Origin: Puccinia triticina | Lineage: Eukaryota | Length of the DNA: 64,000 nt | Direction of reading: 5' to 3' | NCBI GenBank assembly: GCA_026914245.1 | Contig: CP110439.1 | Location: forward strand, 4,836,001 to 4,900,000 | Part shown: piece by piece, positions 25,823 to 38,148 of the stretch | Numbering within the stretch: the first letter of the stretch is position 1 | How the letters are laid out: the number at the start of each line of letters is the position of its first letter | Notes under the pieces: generated by a model | The model's database searches: none | Told to the model about the DNA's origin: nothing | What the model saw: only the letters and a program-made list of their open reading frames with translations | Translations under genes and position numbers: made by a program

Positions 25823-26344
25823 GAAGAAAGAAGGAACTTACGTGCGATGGCGACCAATCTGCAAATCCGATCGAAGAACTCGGAAGACTGAGACCTAGGC
25901 GGCGAAAGAGATGTAGTGTTGACCGGCATATGTATATTGTAGGAGTGGGGCCGGTCGGGGAAACAATCGAGTCGAGTCCGGTTCGGATCAGCGCGCGCGA
26001 CTAGGAAGCAGAGAGCTGCGCAAATCGCAGCGCAGGACCAGCGCGCTCTAGAATACTAGCACAACCACTGCGGACGCCATGGACACACGACGTCGACTGC
26101 TGCGCAACTGCGGGCTGCGCGCAGCACCTCGACTCCCAGACATCAAATAAATTTAACCCCTCCAATAAAACCAAAAATAACAAAACCCACTGGTTTGAGT
26201 TCAATTTACCCCTCACTCAGCCTCTCAGGACACGCGCCGCAGAGACTCAAGGACAACTCTTCAAGTTTCAAACCTCTCAATTTGCAAGTTACCACACTTT
26301 TCACAGCAAAATTGTCTGGGGACAGACAATAAGTTGGGGGAGGA

Positions 26345-26954
26345 TGTGGTAGATGGAAAGGTTCCACTACATCAAAAATAAAAAAATTCTCTGTTTTCTT
26401 TTATTTACATAGTATTCATCAGGAATCATGGACTATGGCGCAAGGACAGGACTTGACAGGACTAGAAGTTACATTCCAAGCTACATATACACCTCACCTC
26501 CTATTACAACCTCACGTTTACATACACAACCTAGCTGCTGGACAGCTACACATACTCATCTACACTGCATAGTATGTACATGCATTCTAAATTAGTGGAT
26601 CTTCACAACTGACAGCTGCAGGTGACATCATAGAAGTACCACATTAAATCCCTCATGTTCTGACCAATCATAGTCACTCATTCAGTTTCCCTGCAGCTAA
26701 AATCCCTCATACATGGCCTCTTTGTAGCTAAATTCCCTCACATTTGTCTATATAAGGAGCTCTCTTCCCCCCCTCAGTGGTCTTTTCCTGAGTTCATTAC
26801 TCACCAATTACAGTCAACCCAACATTTACATAAACAACCTTACATACATTTAACAACCTACATACATAACAACCCTTACAATAACAATATCAACAAATTA
26901 TTCAGTGTCATCAACAAGCTCATCTTGAACCAACCAACCCTATCACTTCATTAA

Positions 26955-26987
<33 letters not shown>

Positions 26988-27076
26988 TCTGGTAGTATAG
27001 AAGGGCAGAGTTTGCACCTCCATCATCCCCTTCTCCATTCAGCAAAAGGTTTTCAGGAACACTTTTGAGTCGTACA
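26345..27076 (+). repeat. Gypsy 3' LTR
   Basis: TGTGGTAGATGG...GAGTCGTACA, preceded by PPT AAGTTGGGGGAGGA. Confidence 0.95.
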
Positions 27077-27471
27077 GCGTTGGTTGTATGCGGTGGGTTG
27101 AGGGAGAGAGAGGGAGGTCAAAAAAAAAGTGCGGTCGTTGAGAGGAAAGTCAGAAAGAGCGGAAAAAAGAAGGCCTGCAATGAAAAAAAGAGGGAAGGAA
27201 AACGACATGGGTTTGCCAGTAAGCGGCAAAGAAACTCAAAGGTTGAATGTTTTTTTCGGGCATCAGGGGGATGGATTGCTGAAAATCTGAATACACAGTT
27301 TGATAACTAAAATTACAACCTTCATGGGGTTAGGAGGAGAAATGAACTTGTTGAAAACTCTGGGCTGTAGGTGGTGGCGACATCGTCTACCACCAAAGGA
27401 TGCAGATTCTCTCAGGCCAAAAGGCCTGATTAGTCATAAGTCCTCTCCCTGCGGGAGAGACTCGATGCCTT

Positions 27472-28630
27472 CGAACTTAACAAAGTCCCTCGATGCTGCG
27501 GGCGTGGGACTCGCGAAGCGAGCCTCCGACAGCCCCCGGCAGGAGGGACTTATACCGTACCTCCCCATCCTGGCGCACGGGGAATGGGATTTTCACCCCT
27601 CTTTTTACTTTCCCCTTTGTACATCTCTCATACCACAAACTTTTTTGTTTTTTTTTTGCTCCAGGTCTGCCCAACATGCTACCGCTGAGACCTATATTTT
27701 TTTCCCTTTATGTACTGATACCAGTATGTCCTGAAAAATTAAACAAGACAAAAAAACCTCAAGCCTGTTACCGAGTCTGCAACCCAGAATTGCAGAAATT
27801 AATCACAGAACGAGAGCACGAACTCTCTGTTTAATACATAGCGTGTTTCACACGCAGCTAGCTTGAGGATGACCGGAATCAACCGGTCATCGAGGGGACT
27901 CGACCCTCTCAATGACCAGTATGTTCCGGTCATCGAGAGGATAAAGCCCTCTCGATGAACGGCACAGTACCGGTCATCAAGAGGGTTGAGTCCTTCCGAT
28001 GACCGGTCGATCCCGGTCATCGGGTGTGTCAAGTCCCCTCGATGACCGGCACAGACCGGTCATTGAGAGGGTTGTATACTCTCGATGGCCGATCTGTACT
28101 GACCATTGAGAGGTTCTACATATCCATTCGATGACCGGTCTGTACCGGTCATCCAGGGCGTTGTATATATCCCTCTCGATGACCGGTCTTTACCGGTCAT
28201 CCAGAGGGCTATGCGGTCTCGATGGCGGGTCTGTGCCGGCGATCGAGGGCTCAGAGACTTGACTGTAAGTCAAAAAAAAAACTATATGTCCAAGTCATTG
28301 AGCACGGACCTCTTCTGCTACTCGGCTTCAGTAAAATCAAAGTTTTTATTTACTTTGATAATTTATTTCTCTTTGAAGGAGTTGTGTGGCGTAACTCAGA
28401 TTGTATCTGATGACGCGCAAGAAGCAAGGCTTTGTGCCAAGCAAATATTTAAGGTTTTAAGTTTAGAGGGCCAGGAACTGTGATGGTTTGAAAAAACCAC
28501 CCAGCCAAACTCAAATTCTAGGCTCTGCGAAAGGGGGTGATAGCGCGCAAGTCCCTCCTGCCGAGGGCTATCGGAGGCTTGCTTCGCAAGACCAGACGCC
28601 CGCAGCAGCGAGGGACTTGGGTTAAGTTCG
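27472..28630. mobile_element. non-autonomous AcademH-type element (1159 bp) inserted in the right terminus of the large AcademH
   Basis: ~80-bp TIRs CGAACTTAAC.AAGTCCCTCG.../...CGAGGGACTTGGGTTAAGTTCG; 9-bp TSD CGATGCCTT (27463-27471, 28631-28639); internal palindromic GATGACCGG..CCGGTCATC repeats at ~27868-28250. Confidence 0.88.
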
Positions 28631-29139
28631 CGATGCCTTGCATCTCTCCCAGGCCAAATGGGTGCCCCCCGGCCGCTGCGGGGACGAGGGGCTTAGATAC
28701 GTTCGAGCCTTTTGCATTGCGAACTGCTCGGCGTACAGGACCTTTTTCCCGCGTGCATAACCGTTGACGTGATAACACCGCGCCAAGCGCAACTCCCCTT
28801 TAAATCTCCTTTCAGACACAGATCCCAGGCACATTCTGGCCTGCTTTCAGGTGCATATCGTGCAGACATTTCTACTCATCTCACATCTACACCTTTGTAC
28901 ATAGTAACCTAACAAGCAATAAACCCTTTCAGTTGCTTGGATTCTTTACAAGAGGACGAAATAGGGGTGAATTCAAGCACTCCGAGGGGGTCGCTATGCG
29001 GCGTATGCCTTGTAAGTCGCCGAGATCGTAGCTGCTGAGGGTCAAGGGGAACTCCAGGGCCTTAATTCTTCTGCGGTAGCTGTAAAGATCGGGGAAGTTT
29101 CACTTACCAATGCACATAATGTCCGAAGACAAAAGAGCA

Positions 29140-29423
29140 TCAGCAAAAGTGGTTGCAATCATAGCATGGGAGCGGCGGGGTGCAACCAGAACAGCAGTTG
29201 TAGCCGGGCTTTGTAAGAGTTGGGTGAGAGATAGCAAAAGGATACACAGTCAACAACGACTTTGTGTGAGGAGAAATTTTCCAGCCGTTTCTAAGTTCAA
29301 GGAACGAAACGGTTGAAAGCTCACAGATGAGTTTCCATTTATAATACGCACGCCAACGCTAACAGTCGGCATAGCATTCTGGAATACACCAATTGCAGCG
29401 ATGAAGAGGATGGATGGGCGCAT
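29140..29423 (-). CDS. candidate small secreted cysteine-rich protein (55 aa, 6 Cys), effector-like
   Basis: Exon 29423-29325 MRPSILFIAAIGVFQNAMPTVSVGVRIINGNSS; intron 29324-29209 (GTGAGC..TTGAC..AAAG); exon 29208-29140 PGYNCCSGCTPPLPCYDCNHFC*. Signal-peptide-like N-terminus judged by eye. Confidence 0.6.
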
Positions 29424-30418
29424 GTTCTCTCGTTATAAATTGGGAGTGGTTTGGGACTGGATGGATGGTGTTGGCAATGGTTTCCACTGGACAAGTGGTT
29501 TGTTGGTGAAGTACTACTATTTATGTACGTTTTTGATGGTGGAATGAATGTGGTGGATCCGGCCTGCGCAAGCTCTCCTTTGCAATCACTTTCCAGGCCA
29601 AAAAGCGTGAGAGCGGAATAGCCAATATTGGCTGTGCCAGGCGGTGTCTTTTCTTGGCCGATATCAAATGTTCGAGAAAAGTGAGTGCTCGAAATCGGTT
29701 CAAATATCTCTGTTTATCCACCTGTGGCCACTACATACTAACATACTGTACCGAGGTATGTAGGGGCGGTTTAATACATGCTAGAGGGTGTTTTTTAGTG
29801 TGCGATTCCAGCAACTCCAAAATCCCCAGACCTCCCGCAAACTCCAAAAGTCGGGCCACTCATTTTTTTACAAGTCGGCGGCCGGCCTACCGGTCATATG
29901 ATCCCCCTACTGCAGCCAGCCCACAGCACATCACCCCCGTCATCACACCTCCACTCGGCACTTTGTCCGGCAGACCACACCCCATCGGATCACCCGGATT
30001 TCCAACCGATTGTAATATTTACAGTGCCCAGTCTACAGTCTATCCACCGTTCTAATTCAACTCTCATAAATCAGAACCGTGCCAAGTCCAACATTAGCGT
30101 AAGTCATATCCTCCCAATAATTTAACCAAAAAGGAACTGTAGTTGATTTAAACCCACACAATTTTCTGCTTTTCTTCAGATCAAACAACCTTACACCACA
30201 TATTGCTGACTCACAAGCAACACCGGTAGAATATTGCTTCATGTTTTATGATCCCACCAGCACCCCAAATAAGGCAAATTTTGACTGAATGAAAATAAAT
30301 TTCTTTTCCGCTTCCATCCAGATTGAACACACAGATTATCTTCAAGCCAAACGATCAATCACACCTCCAAGAACTCAAGCCGCACTCACACATCTTCCAC
30401 TTGCCTCCGCCATCCCGA

Positions 30419-32479
30419 ATGGACTTATTTGGATACATGTCTCAGTGCCCGTCCTTGCTTTGTCTAGATGACGGATTTGAACCATTTGAACTCTTGCACC
30501 GTGAATATAGCGCTTCCGATCCATTCGAAACTGTTGTTAATCAGTCAAATGATCTGTCTCACTACTATCCAGACCCATACCAGCCATCGAACCCCAACCC
30601 AAACCTGCAGTATGGAAGGCCCCTCAGTCAGGTGAACCCCCGAGGTACCTTTGAAATACCGTTGGATCCAACGAATGGTCTGACAGTGCCAGCCCACTTT
30701 AAGCCGCCAGGACCAGCTCCGTTACCTCAGGACGGCCAGCCTATGTACCATACTGGACAACCTGATTTATCTGCACATCGTCCTCCAGCCACCACTAGCG
30801 CTGCAAACCCCACAAACTTGGCAGCCCACTCAAACTCAGTACACTCGTGTACCACCAGCCACGAATCCAACCCTGAAATCGCCAAACTAAAGCCCCCTCC
30901 ACGTGCTAAGACTGCAGCCAGCCTAGTTGAGAAAGCCGATCATATGGAACTCGACCAGCTCATGAAACTTGTTGCTCAAAATGCTCAATATGCTCGTCTT
31001 ACAAGTGAAGACAAGCTTGAGCTTAACTCTGCGTACAAGGAGTATCAGCGGAAGCTTTACTTGATAGCGTACAAGAACAAGCTTGAAATCGGACCGTGTT
31101 TACGATATGTTGGCGAGGGGGCAAATCCCAGAGGCTCGACCACCTATAACACTTTCTGCAAGTACGATCCAGTTGCTAGGAAGGCTTTTAATGATTGTGC
31201 GCTTTCTTGGTATCTTCCTTGAATTATTGAGTTCAGAAATTCACCGGTAATATTTTTTTAATTGCAGCAAACATGCATCCCGATGATTGTAAGCGTGAAT
31301 GCAGTAGACTTTGGAAGCTAGTAGATCCTGCGACTCAGAAGAAGTGGAAGGATCCTGACTTCTTAGAATCCTTTTTGGGACAAGACGATCCAACTGATGG
31401 CATCGATATTGCAACCAACAACGAAAACGGCTCCACATCTTTACTTAAAAAGCACAAATCAGCAACCTTTGATTCGGATCGCTGGGCTTGCAAGGTCGTT
31501 GCTGACGTAAGTGATGCCTTGATTTAATTCTGTTTGTTTGGTGTGTTGCATCTGATTGTCCCTTTTCTCATTAAGAAAGTTGAAACAGCTCAGCCGAAGG
31601 TTTGGTACTGAAGGCTTTCTGGTTGTTGGATCGCGAGGCAAAGATGCCACTCTAAAGTTCAGCGGGGGCAGTCATCTAGGCGAATTTTTTCTGGATATGT
31701 ACTCAACTGAGGACGATCCGGTTTTCAACTTTGTTGATTTTCTTAGAGGTCAACATGTCATCAAGAAGATCACCGGCAAAGAATCTACACCAGTTGTAAC
31801 AAAGAAGAGACCCCGCACACAGAACAAGCCCCATCAATTGTTCACAAAACACAACAAAGGAGAAAAAGAAGCCAACATTGATTTCATCCGAGCCAAACTC
31901 AATTCTGCGATCGGTAAGCTTCTTCTTTTGAAACCGTGTATGTATGTAAGAAAATTTTTATCAAATCCACTCTGCTTCTATCCAGAAAAGGCAACGCATG
32001 GTCAATGGATCAAAGGATGGCCTGGTACTCGCACTCAATGGCGACTTTCGAAACTCAAAGTCAGTTTGCAGGTGAAGGACAATGATTGCGGTGTTACCCC
32101 CCAGCACTTCTGTAAGCGACCGGGGGACATGGGAGATAAACATGCCCAACTTGTTGTTGAAGCGTTAGAGGAAGATTGGGTCCAGCTCATTGGCCCACCC
32201 GCTCCCAAAAATAACGCTCTAGGATTCCACGTTGATGGTCAAACTCTCGAGGGTGACACTTCACCAACCATAGTTTCTGTAGGTAAATGTGATGTGGTCC
32301 TGAAACCGCTGAAGTCAAAGAGGAAACAAAAAGCGGCCCCAAAGAAAAAACGCAAGCTTGGTTCTTCCACCACTTCTGACTTGGAGAAATCTGGCGAAAG
32401 CAGTGAGGAGGAGGATGAAGATGAGGTAGAACAAGCGGAAAAAGGTTTTGAGGAGGAGGACAGTGATAATATGGAATAA
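30419..32479 (+). CDS. KDZ partner gene, unknown protein with an HMG-box-like segment and acidic tail
   Basis: Exons 30419-31196, 31268-31506, 31580-31913 and 31986-32479 join in frame over GT-AG introns. TTYNTFCKY...CSRLWKLVDPATQKKWKD resembles HMG-box helices; basic KKKRK stretch then poly-E/D tail. Confidence 0.7.
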
Positions 32480-33062
32480 GTAGTTGTAACCTGTCTTTTT
32501 ATTCTTAGATAGTCTTTGCACTGTGTAAGGCATTTTTAACCTTCCTTAGTGCAAGGGTTGTTCTTTTGTAGTCAATTTTTTTCTAATATTCCTTCCTCTG
32601 TCCAAGGCTTGCATTCTAAATATCACTATATATACACAACTGACTAGCAAAACATAATGGTCTTTTTCCTCCAATTCAATAATTTTTATACTTCTATAAA
32701 GAATATTAGATAGAGATAGAACAACCCAACTATACATTTTTTTCCTCAGACATAATGTTGACCACTTCTCCCAAAAAAAAACAAATTCTAAATTGTAGAT
32801 TGAGCAGATCTGGTATGGGCTCAGTCTGGGCAGTGTGGAAAGAAGGGATCTGCTTGACAGCAGTGATGATCTTGACAAGTCCACAGTTTTGCGGGGCATA
32901 TTGCTGTAAAAAAAGACTATTGCAGAGGCACTATTAAAGGCACTATTTGCTGTGGAAAAAAATCAAGAAATTTCAAGAAACTGCTGCCAGTTGACATGCA
33001 ATATTATAAAGGCGCTTTTGTAATATTGCATCTCAACTGGCAGCAGTCTCTTGACTTTTTTC

Positions 33063-33467
33063 ACAGTGATTAACAGTGTCTCTGACACAGTTAATAGTGC
33101 CTCTGGCACAATAAACAGTGTCTCTGACACAGTTAATAGTGGCTCCGGCACAGTAAACAGTGTCTCTGACACAGTTAATAGTGGCTCCGGCACAGTAAAC
33201 AGTGTCTCTGACACAGTTAATAGGGGGTTTCAAAGTAGACCCGCGCATGCATGCAGGTCACTTTGCATAACCCGGTTTTGCGGGGAGACTGCAAGTCGGC
33301 GTTCAACATTTGAGTTGAACACTGGTTTGCCTTGCCTTGCAAGTTGCATGTGCGGTTCTACTTTGAAACCCCTTAATAGTGCCTCCGGCACAGTAAACAG
33401 TGTCTCTGACACAGTTAATAGTGCCTTGCCTCTGGCACAGTTAACAGTGTCTCTGACACAGTTAATA
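33063..33467. repeat. 42-bp tandem repeat (AACAGTGTCTCTGACACAGTTAATAGTGGCTCCGGCACAGTA) interrupted by a MITE
   Basis: About 5-6 copies, each containing a TGTC-TCT-GACA hairpin. Confidence 0.85.
33222..33374. mobile_element. 153-bp MITE, PIF/Harbinger-like (second copy at 55645-55797)
   Basis: TIR (A)GGGGTTTCAAAGTAGA / TCTACTTTGAAACCCC; AAT TSD; same length as and clearly homologous to the inverted copy at 55645-55797. Confidence 0.8.
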
Positions 33468-34661
33468 GGTCCTCCAGTGAGTTTTTTTGAAATTTCAGCC
33501 AATCTGGAGGAGTATCAGCAAAGTTGCTAAAACCTCAGACATAAACCGTCCTAACAGATAAATCCCTGTCCTGCCTGCATTTGTCCAAATCAATCTAATA
33601 ATGGTTTTTGTGAAGTGCCATCTATAAAATAATTATTATATTCCTACTAAATGTGATGCAACACAGTGTACTGTTAGTATAGCAGCAATAACAGTCCGCC
33701 AATGCTACCACATCAGAAAAAACTGTTAAACACCATAAAATGTGTCCTGTCCGATTCAAGAATTTAAAGTGTATATTTTCCAGTCAAAATAGCAGTGTAT
33801 GTCAATTATTATTAATCTTTTCTTGCTCCAGTCAACACATGATTTCTTTGTTCATGCACATTAAATTAATTTATCAAAGACTAATCCATCCAATTGTCAG
33901 TTCAGTTGGAAATCAAACACAAAAGGGATCACAATATCCAAGTACACCCTTTCCCTAATAACAAGGGTTTTTGGCAAAACCTCTTGCTCAATCTAAGCAA
34001 ATCTCTGCCGTCCTATGTAGCCTAAGGAATAAAATTCAAAATTTTGAATAGAATTAGTCATGATACCCAGTTGCTTTTAACTTCAAAGCTGTTGGGACTG
34101 ATGTACAAGTCATTCAGATTGCTCCTTTCCCCACAGTGAAAATTTGATTAGAAATTATCCATTTCTGCTTGGTATAGCTCTGGCAAGCAAACAAAATTGA
34201 GCAATTATCTTTGAGAATTCCAGGATACATAACTGGTGCAATGTATTCAGTTCAGAAGATCCAGGAGAGTACCATTGTTGATATTTGGTTTATGTATGTA
34301 GCTGATCATAGTGTACAAGGATGGGATTATTGCGCGTTTAACTTGGGCTGGTTTTTGACAATTATCCTCTCTTACCTTCATCGCCCTCAGCTCCCTCGCC
34401 CATCCGGATCCTCCTCGCCGTGTCTATCAGATTACTTTGCCGTCTTTTTGCTTTCTCGGCTTCTCTGCCGCTGGCTTCATCGGTCTCAACTAACTGGCAC
34501 AGCCCTCGGCTCGATCAACATCGCTTGTCTGCAATTTCCCCGGGCTTCATCAGTATCGTTTATCTCGATTTTTCCGCCTCGGTCACCAATATTCTTGACA
34601 CCTCTCGCAACTTACTTATCCAGCCAGCTTCAGGTACTCAGCTTCCAAACCGGTGAGAGAA

Positions 34662-37600
34662 ATGGCCAGGCGCACAAAGATAAAAAATCCACGCGAAGCT
34701 CGCTCCCAACGACTCAGACGCTCGCAGAATGCCGCCCTGAACGCAAGCGCATGGTCTCGACTACGCAGGAGAGAAACAATTGCTTCAGAAGAACCAGACA
34801 AGATTGAAAACTCAGAAACAATGCAGATTCCTTACGATCCAAACGACGAGTCTCAGCGGCAGCATGAAGATTCCGAGTCCGAAGATGAGGAAGAAGACAC
34901 TACTTCGAGATGGTTAACTTTCGCCGAAGAAGAAGAACAAGAAGAAGGCATTGACCCCTCCATCCATTCCATTCAAGAGGAATATCGTCGACGAGCTAGA
35001 GAATTCAACTGGTCATGCTTGATGAAACAACTTCACACCTGGTACCTTACGCTCAAGTTGCACACGAAGAACTGGTCGGGCACGAACGCATATGAAGAAT
35101 ACAAGTCAGACGCATGTAAATGCACAGCTCAGCAGAAGACGACTCGCCCCATTGACATGGTGGACATATACGGTATGTGCCTTTGTTTTTTTCCTAATCA
35201 GCAAGATCATGCCCAGTTATGATGACCATCTTGACACCTCCCTTCACTTTTATCAGCACAAAGGCGGAGGCCGGTTGAATTTTGTAAATGTACATATGAC
35301 GCAGTCCGTCTATTGCGGCTCGGTTATCTGGCCGGCTCCCCGCTGAAACCTCAAACGGCGTTCTCGCTCCCTCTGCTGATCTTCCACAACTCGCTTTGGA
35401 ACAACTGCAACATTGGGATGTTGCCTTTCACAGTTGCACTCACTGAGTTCCTCGAGCCGCGCTCGGAGCGACTATGTGTCAAGGGCAAAAAACACGTAAG
35501 TGATGATTACACTGATAAAGAAAGATGGGAAACTAAATCATAGAAAAACCCTTTGGCAGGCCCGAGATATGCGAAAGCCCTTCTCAGCCGCAGTTGATCT
35601 ATTCCGTTCACTAGAAAGGAGGACAGACGACTTGATGGACGAGGCGCTTAACCTGACTGAGCACGACAAATTGGCAAATCAATCATGCCCAGCTTGCTTT
35701 GGTCCGAAGCCATCTAACGACGCTGATTACCCCGCGTCCACACGGAATCGTCTTGTCGTATGCTTGGATGGAAATTTTCAACACCGACACCACGCGAAGG
35801 CAAGCCGCGATTCTGAGACTCTTTACATGCCCAACATTTTCCTATCCAAAGGTTCAGTCGAAAAAATGACCGAAGAAATCCGGCATATGGAGCTTGTTAA
35901 TAAGCCGCCAGCTCAGGTGTGTGTGTTTGTGATGACGTGTTTGCTTGGCATATGAACTTCTCTGACTTGCACTGGCCATGGTATTACTAGGCGGATCGAT
36001 GTGCAGATGCTCATAAGGCTGCCGACGATAAGAGGAATGAATCCACTTGGAAGGGGTGCGACGACACCGGGCTCATGGGATGTTGCTGTCGACATGATGC
36101 AGCAATCTCCTTGGCAAATATCTATAAGTCTGGCGAGCTAAGAGCCCTCCCTTTAGCATTGCTGAAGAAGTTGCTTGGTGTGGATCCGGATCGACCGGTA
36201 GAAATTTTATACGATATTGGATGCTCCCTTGATAAATATATCAAGTTGGTGAGCTTGATTCGCTCGCTCCCTTCCAATTCTGATTCATTTCAAACTTGAA
36301 CTAAAAATGATGCACTACATCTCTCATCTACCAAATAGCGTGGTCTTCTACCGGATTTGATCAAGGGCGCAACGTTTGGAACTTCAATATTGCACTCGCA
36401 TGTCCACAATTGGACGTGCCAGTTGGATTATAATCCTCGCTTGAACAAGGGGTGGGGGCTATCTGACGGTGAAGGGTTGGAGCGAATGTGGTCCTATCTG
36501 TCAACGCTGGTCAGTTCTCTGAGATACGCAAGTCGCAATCACCGATTTTCCGCACTTGGGCATCGATTAAAATACCACAACAAAAGAGGGATGAAAAAAC
36601 TCCGTGAGTTTCTCTCTTTTATTTGGGATTAGTGACCCTCTGACCAGACATTTTTCAGTCTATTGGCTGTCCAGGAAGTTCAAATTAGCATCAATTCGAC
36701 GCAGGGAGATCCGTAAAGAGCTAGAAAAGATCTTATTGCTCGACAATCCTTTCAAGGCAGGCCGCAAGTATACAGTATCATATTTCAGGAAGCAATGGAA
36801 CCACCAGCGAACGTTTCGAGCAGATCACACAGATGAAGAGCAGGAGCGAAGGGAAAAGTTGGTCAAGATTTATGAACATCGAGCAAATCTTGAACTCCTA
36901 AGGCAAGTATTTCCTTAAACTCCCAATTCTAGAGTTACTGCTGAGCAAAATCAATGCAGAGAGCGCCTGACGGATCCGGACCTTGATCTTTTATCGGATG
37001 CGGAGGTCAAGAAGATTTCTGATAAGATCGAAAAGGTGTCCAAGAAACTCAACAAAGATGCTGGGGAAGCTGAGGCATTGGGTATTGATTTGCCTTCCGG
37101 GGAGGAAAATAGTACGTTTCATTTGATTGCAGGAAGCAGCTTGAAATTGATTTCTGTTTTTTCTGACAAGCGATGAGCAACGGCTGCTCCTGCTGTTATG
37201 GAATTCGAAAAATGAATTATACACCCAAGCTGTCCAACTCCGAGCAGAACGCCAACCCTTATTGGATGCGAAAAAACTTGGGACTCGTGTGGGGACTGAG
37301 CTCAAAGAAAAAATCCTCAAAGCAATGGGGAATCGCCGCCCAGCAGTCAAACGATTACTCAACAAGTATAACAAACTGTTTGCTGAATACTTGCAGAAAT
37401 TTCCGAATCAGCAATCAACCGACTCATCCCACTATCCTCTTGATTACAACACTTTCTCCAGCTGGCCCCTTGATCACCAATTCTGGAATGACGGGTTGTA
37501 TTGTCAGTCAAAGGCCCCTTGGGCAATCGAGCCAAATGTGCGAGCGGGTATAAACTGTGTTCTTATCTTGGACAGAGTCCAAGAAGAGTTTGAACTCATT

Positions 37601-38148
37601 TCTCAAGAGTTAGCGAGGGCAGTAGGTTGGGCAATCAGTTACTATACTCATGTGGAGGATGTAATAACAGAAATGGGTAAACGTGTGTTAGAATGTACAT
37701 TTGCTGTTGGATACATTATCTGATCTTTTACATTCTTTTTATAGGTATCACTCTGCTCGGAAACCAACCGGAAAATGTAGATGTGGATTGTTTTGACAGC
37801 TTAGTTCTTCACGGCTTGGATCGAAGAGATCGACTCCGAGTAATTTGTAAAGAGCTACGTTGTCGACAGACTCTTCACGCAGCCTTGGTTGAAGAGTGGC
37901 ATTCACATGTCCCATGGCTTGCAAATCATTGTCAGCCAAGTGAATACCGCACATCAATGCTCCGCAATTGGGACAACATGCGGACTAAAATGGGCTTAGC
38001 AGAATATGCAAGCTCATCAAACCTGCCTGAAGTAGATGTTGAGTTGGAGGAGGCAATACTCGAAGTGGGAGCGGACGATGGGGAGGATGCTGAAGAAGAT
38101 ATGTTTCTTAATACCGACGCGGAGGATGACGGCACTGATGATGATTAG
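34662..38148 (+). CDS. CxC1-KDZ transposase (multi-exon)
   Basis: CxC1 motifs CKC..VDIY..VEFCKC..LGYLAGSPLKPQTAFS; KDZ motifs CPACFG, CLDGNFQHRH, DDTGLMGCCCRHD, YDIGC, HSHVHNWTCQ, GLSDGEGLERMWS. Most junctions phase (one GC donor at ~36903), but I could not phase the junction at ~37112-37170. Confidence 0.9.

Larger units (their letters stand above)
16167..27076 (+). mobile_element. Ty3/Gypsy LTR retrotransposon, 10,910 bp
   Basis: Two 732-bp TG..CA LTRs, 4-bp TSD GCGT (16163-16166, 27077-27080), PPT before the 3' LTR, domain order gag-PR-RT-RH-INT. Inserted ~140 bp upstream of the AcademH transposase ATG. Confidence 0.95.
5941..28705. mobile_element. AcademH-type DNA transposon (RecQ-like helicase + transposase), ~6.5 kb once three nested insertions are removed
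   Basis: 9-bp TSD AGCCTTTTG at 5932-5940 and 28706-28714. Imperfect TIRs CGAGCGTAACAAAGCCC / GGGCTTAGATACGTTCG. Convergent SF2 RecQ-like helicase and DUF6589-like transposase genes match the known AcademH layout. Confidence 0.85.

Noticed and set aside
33051..33530. Ser/Thr/Asn repeat protein resembling an adhesin
   Set aside because: In-frame reading of a 42-bp DNA repeat plus a MITE; no ATG or signal peptide.
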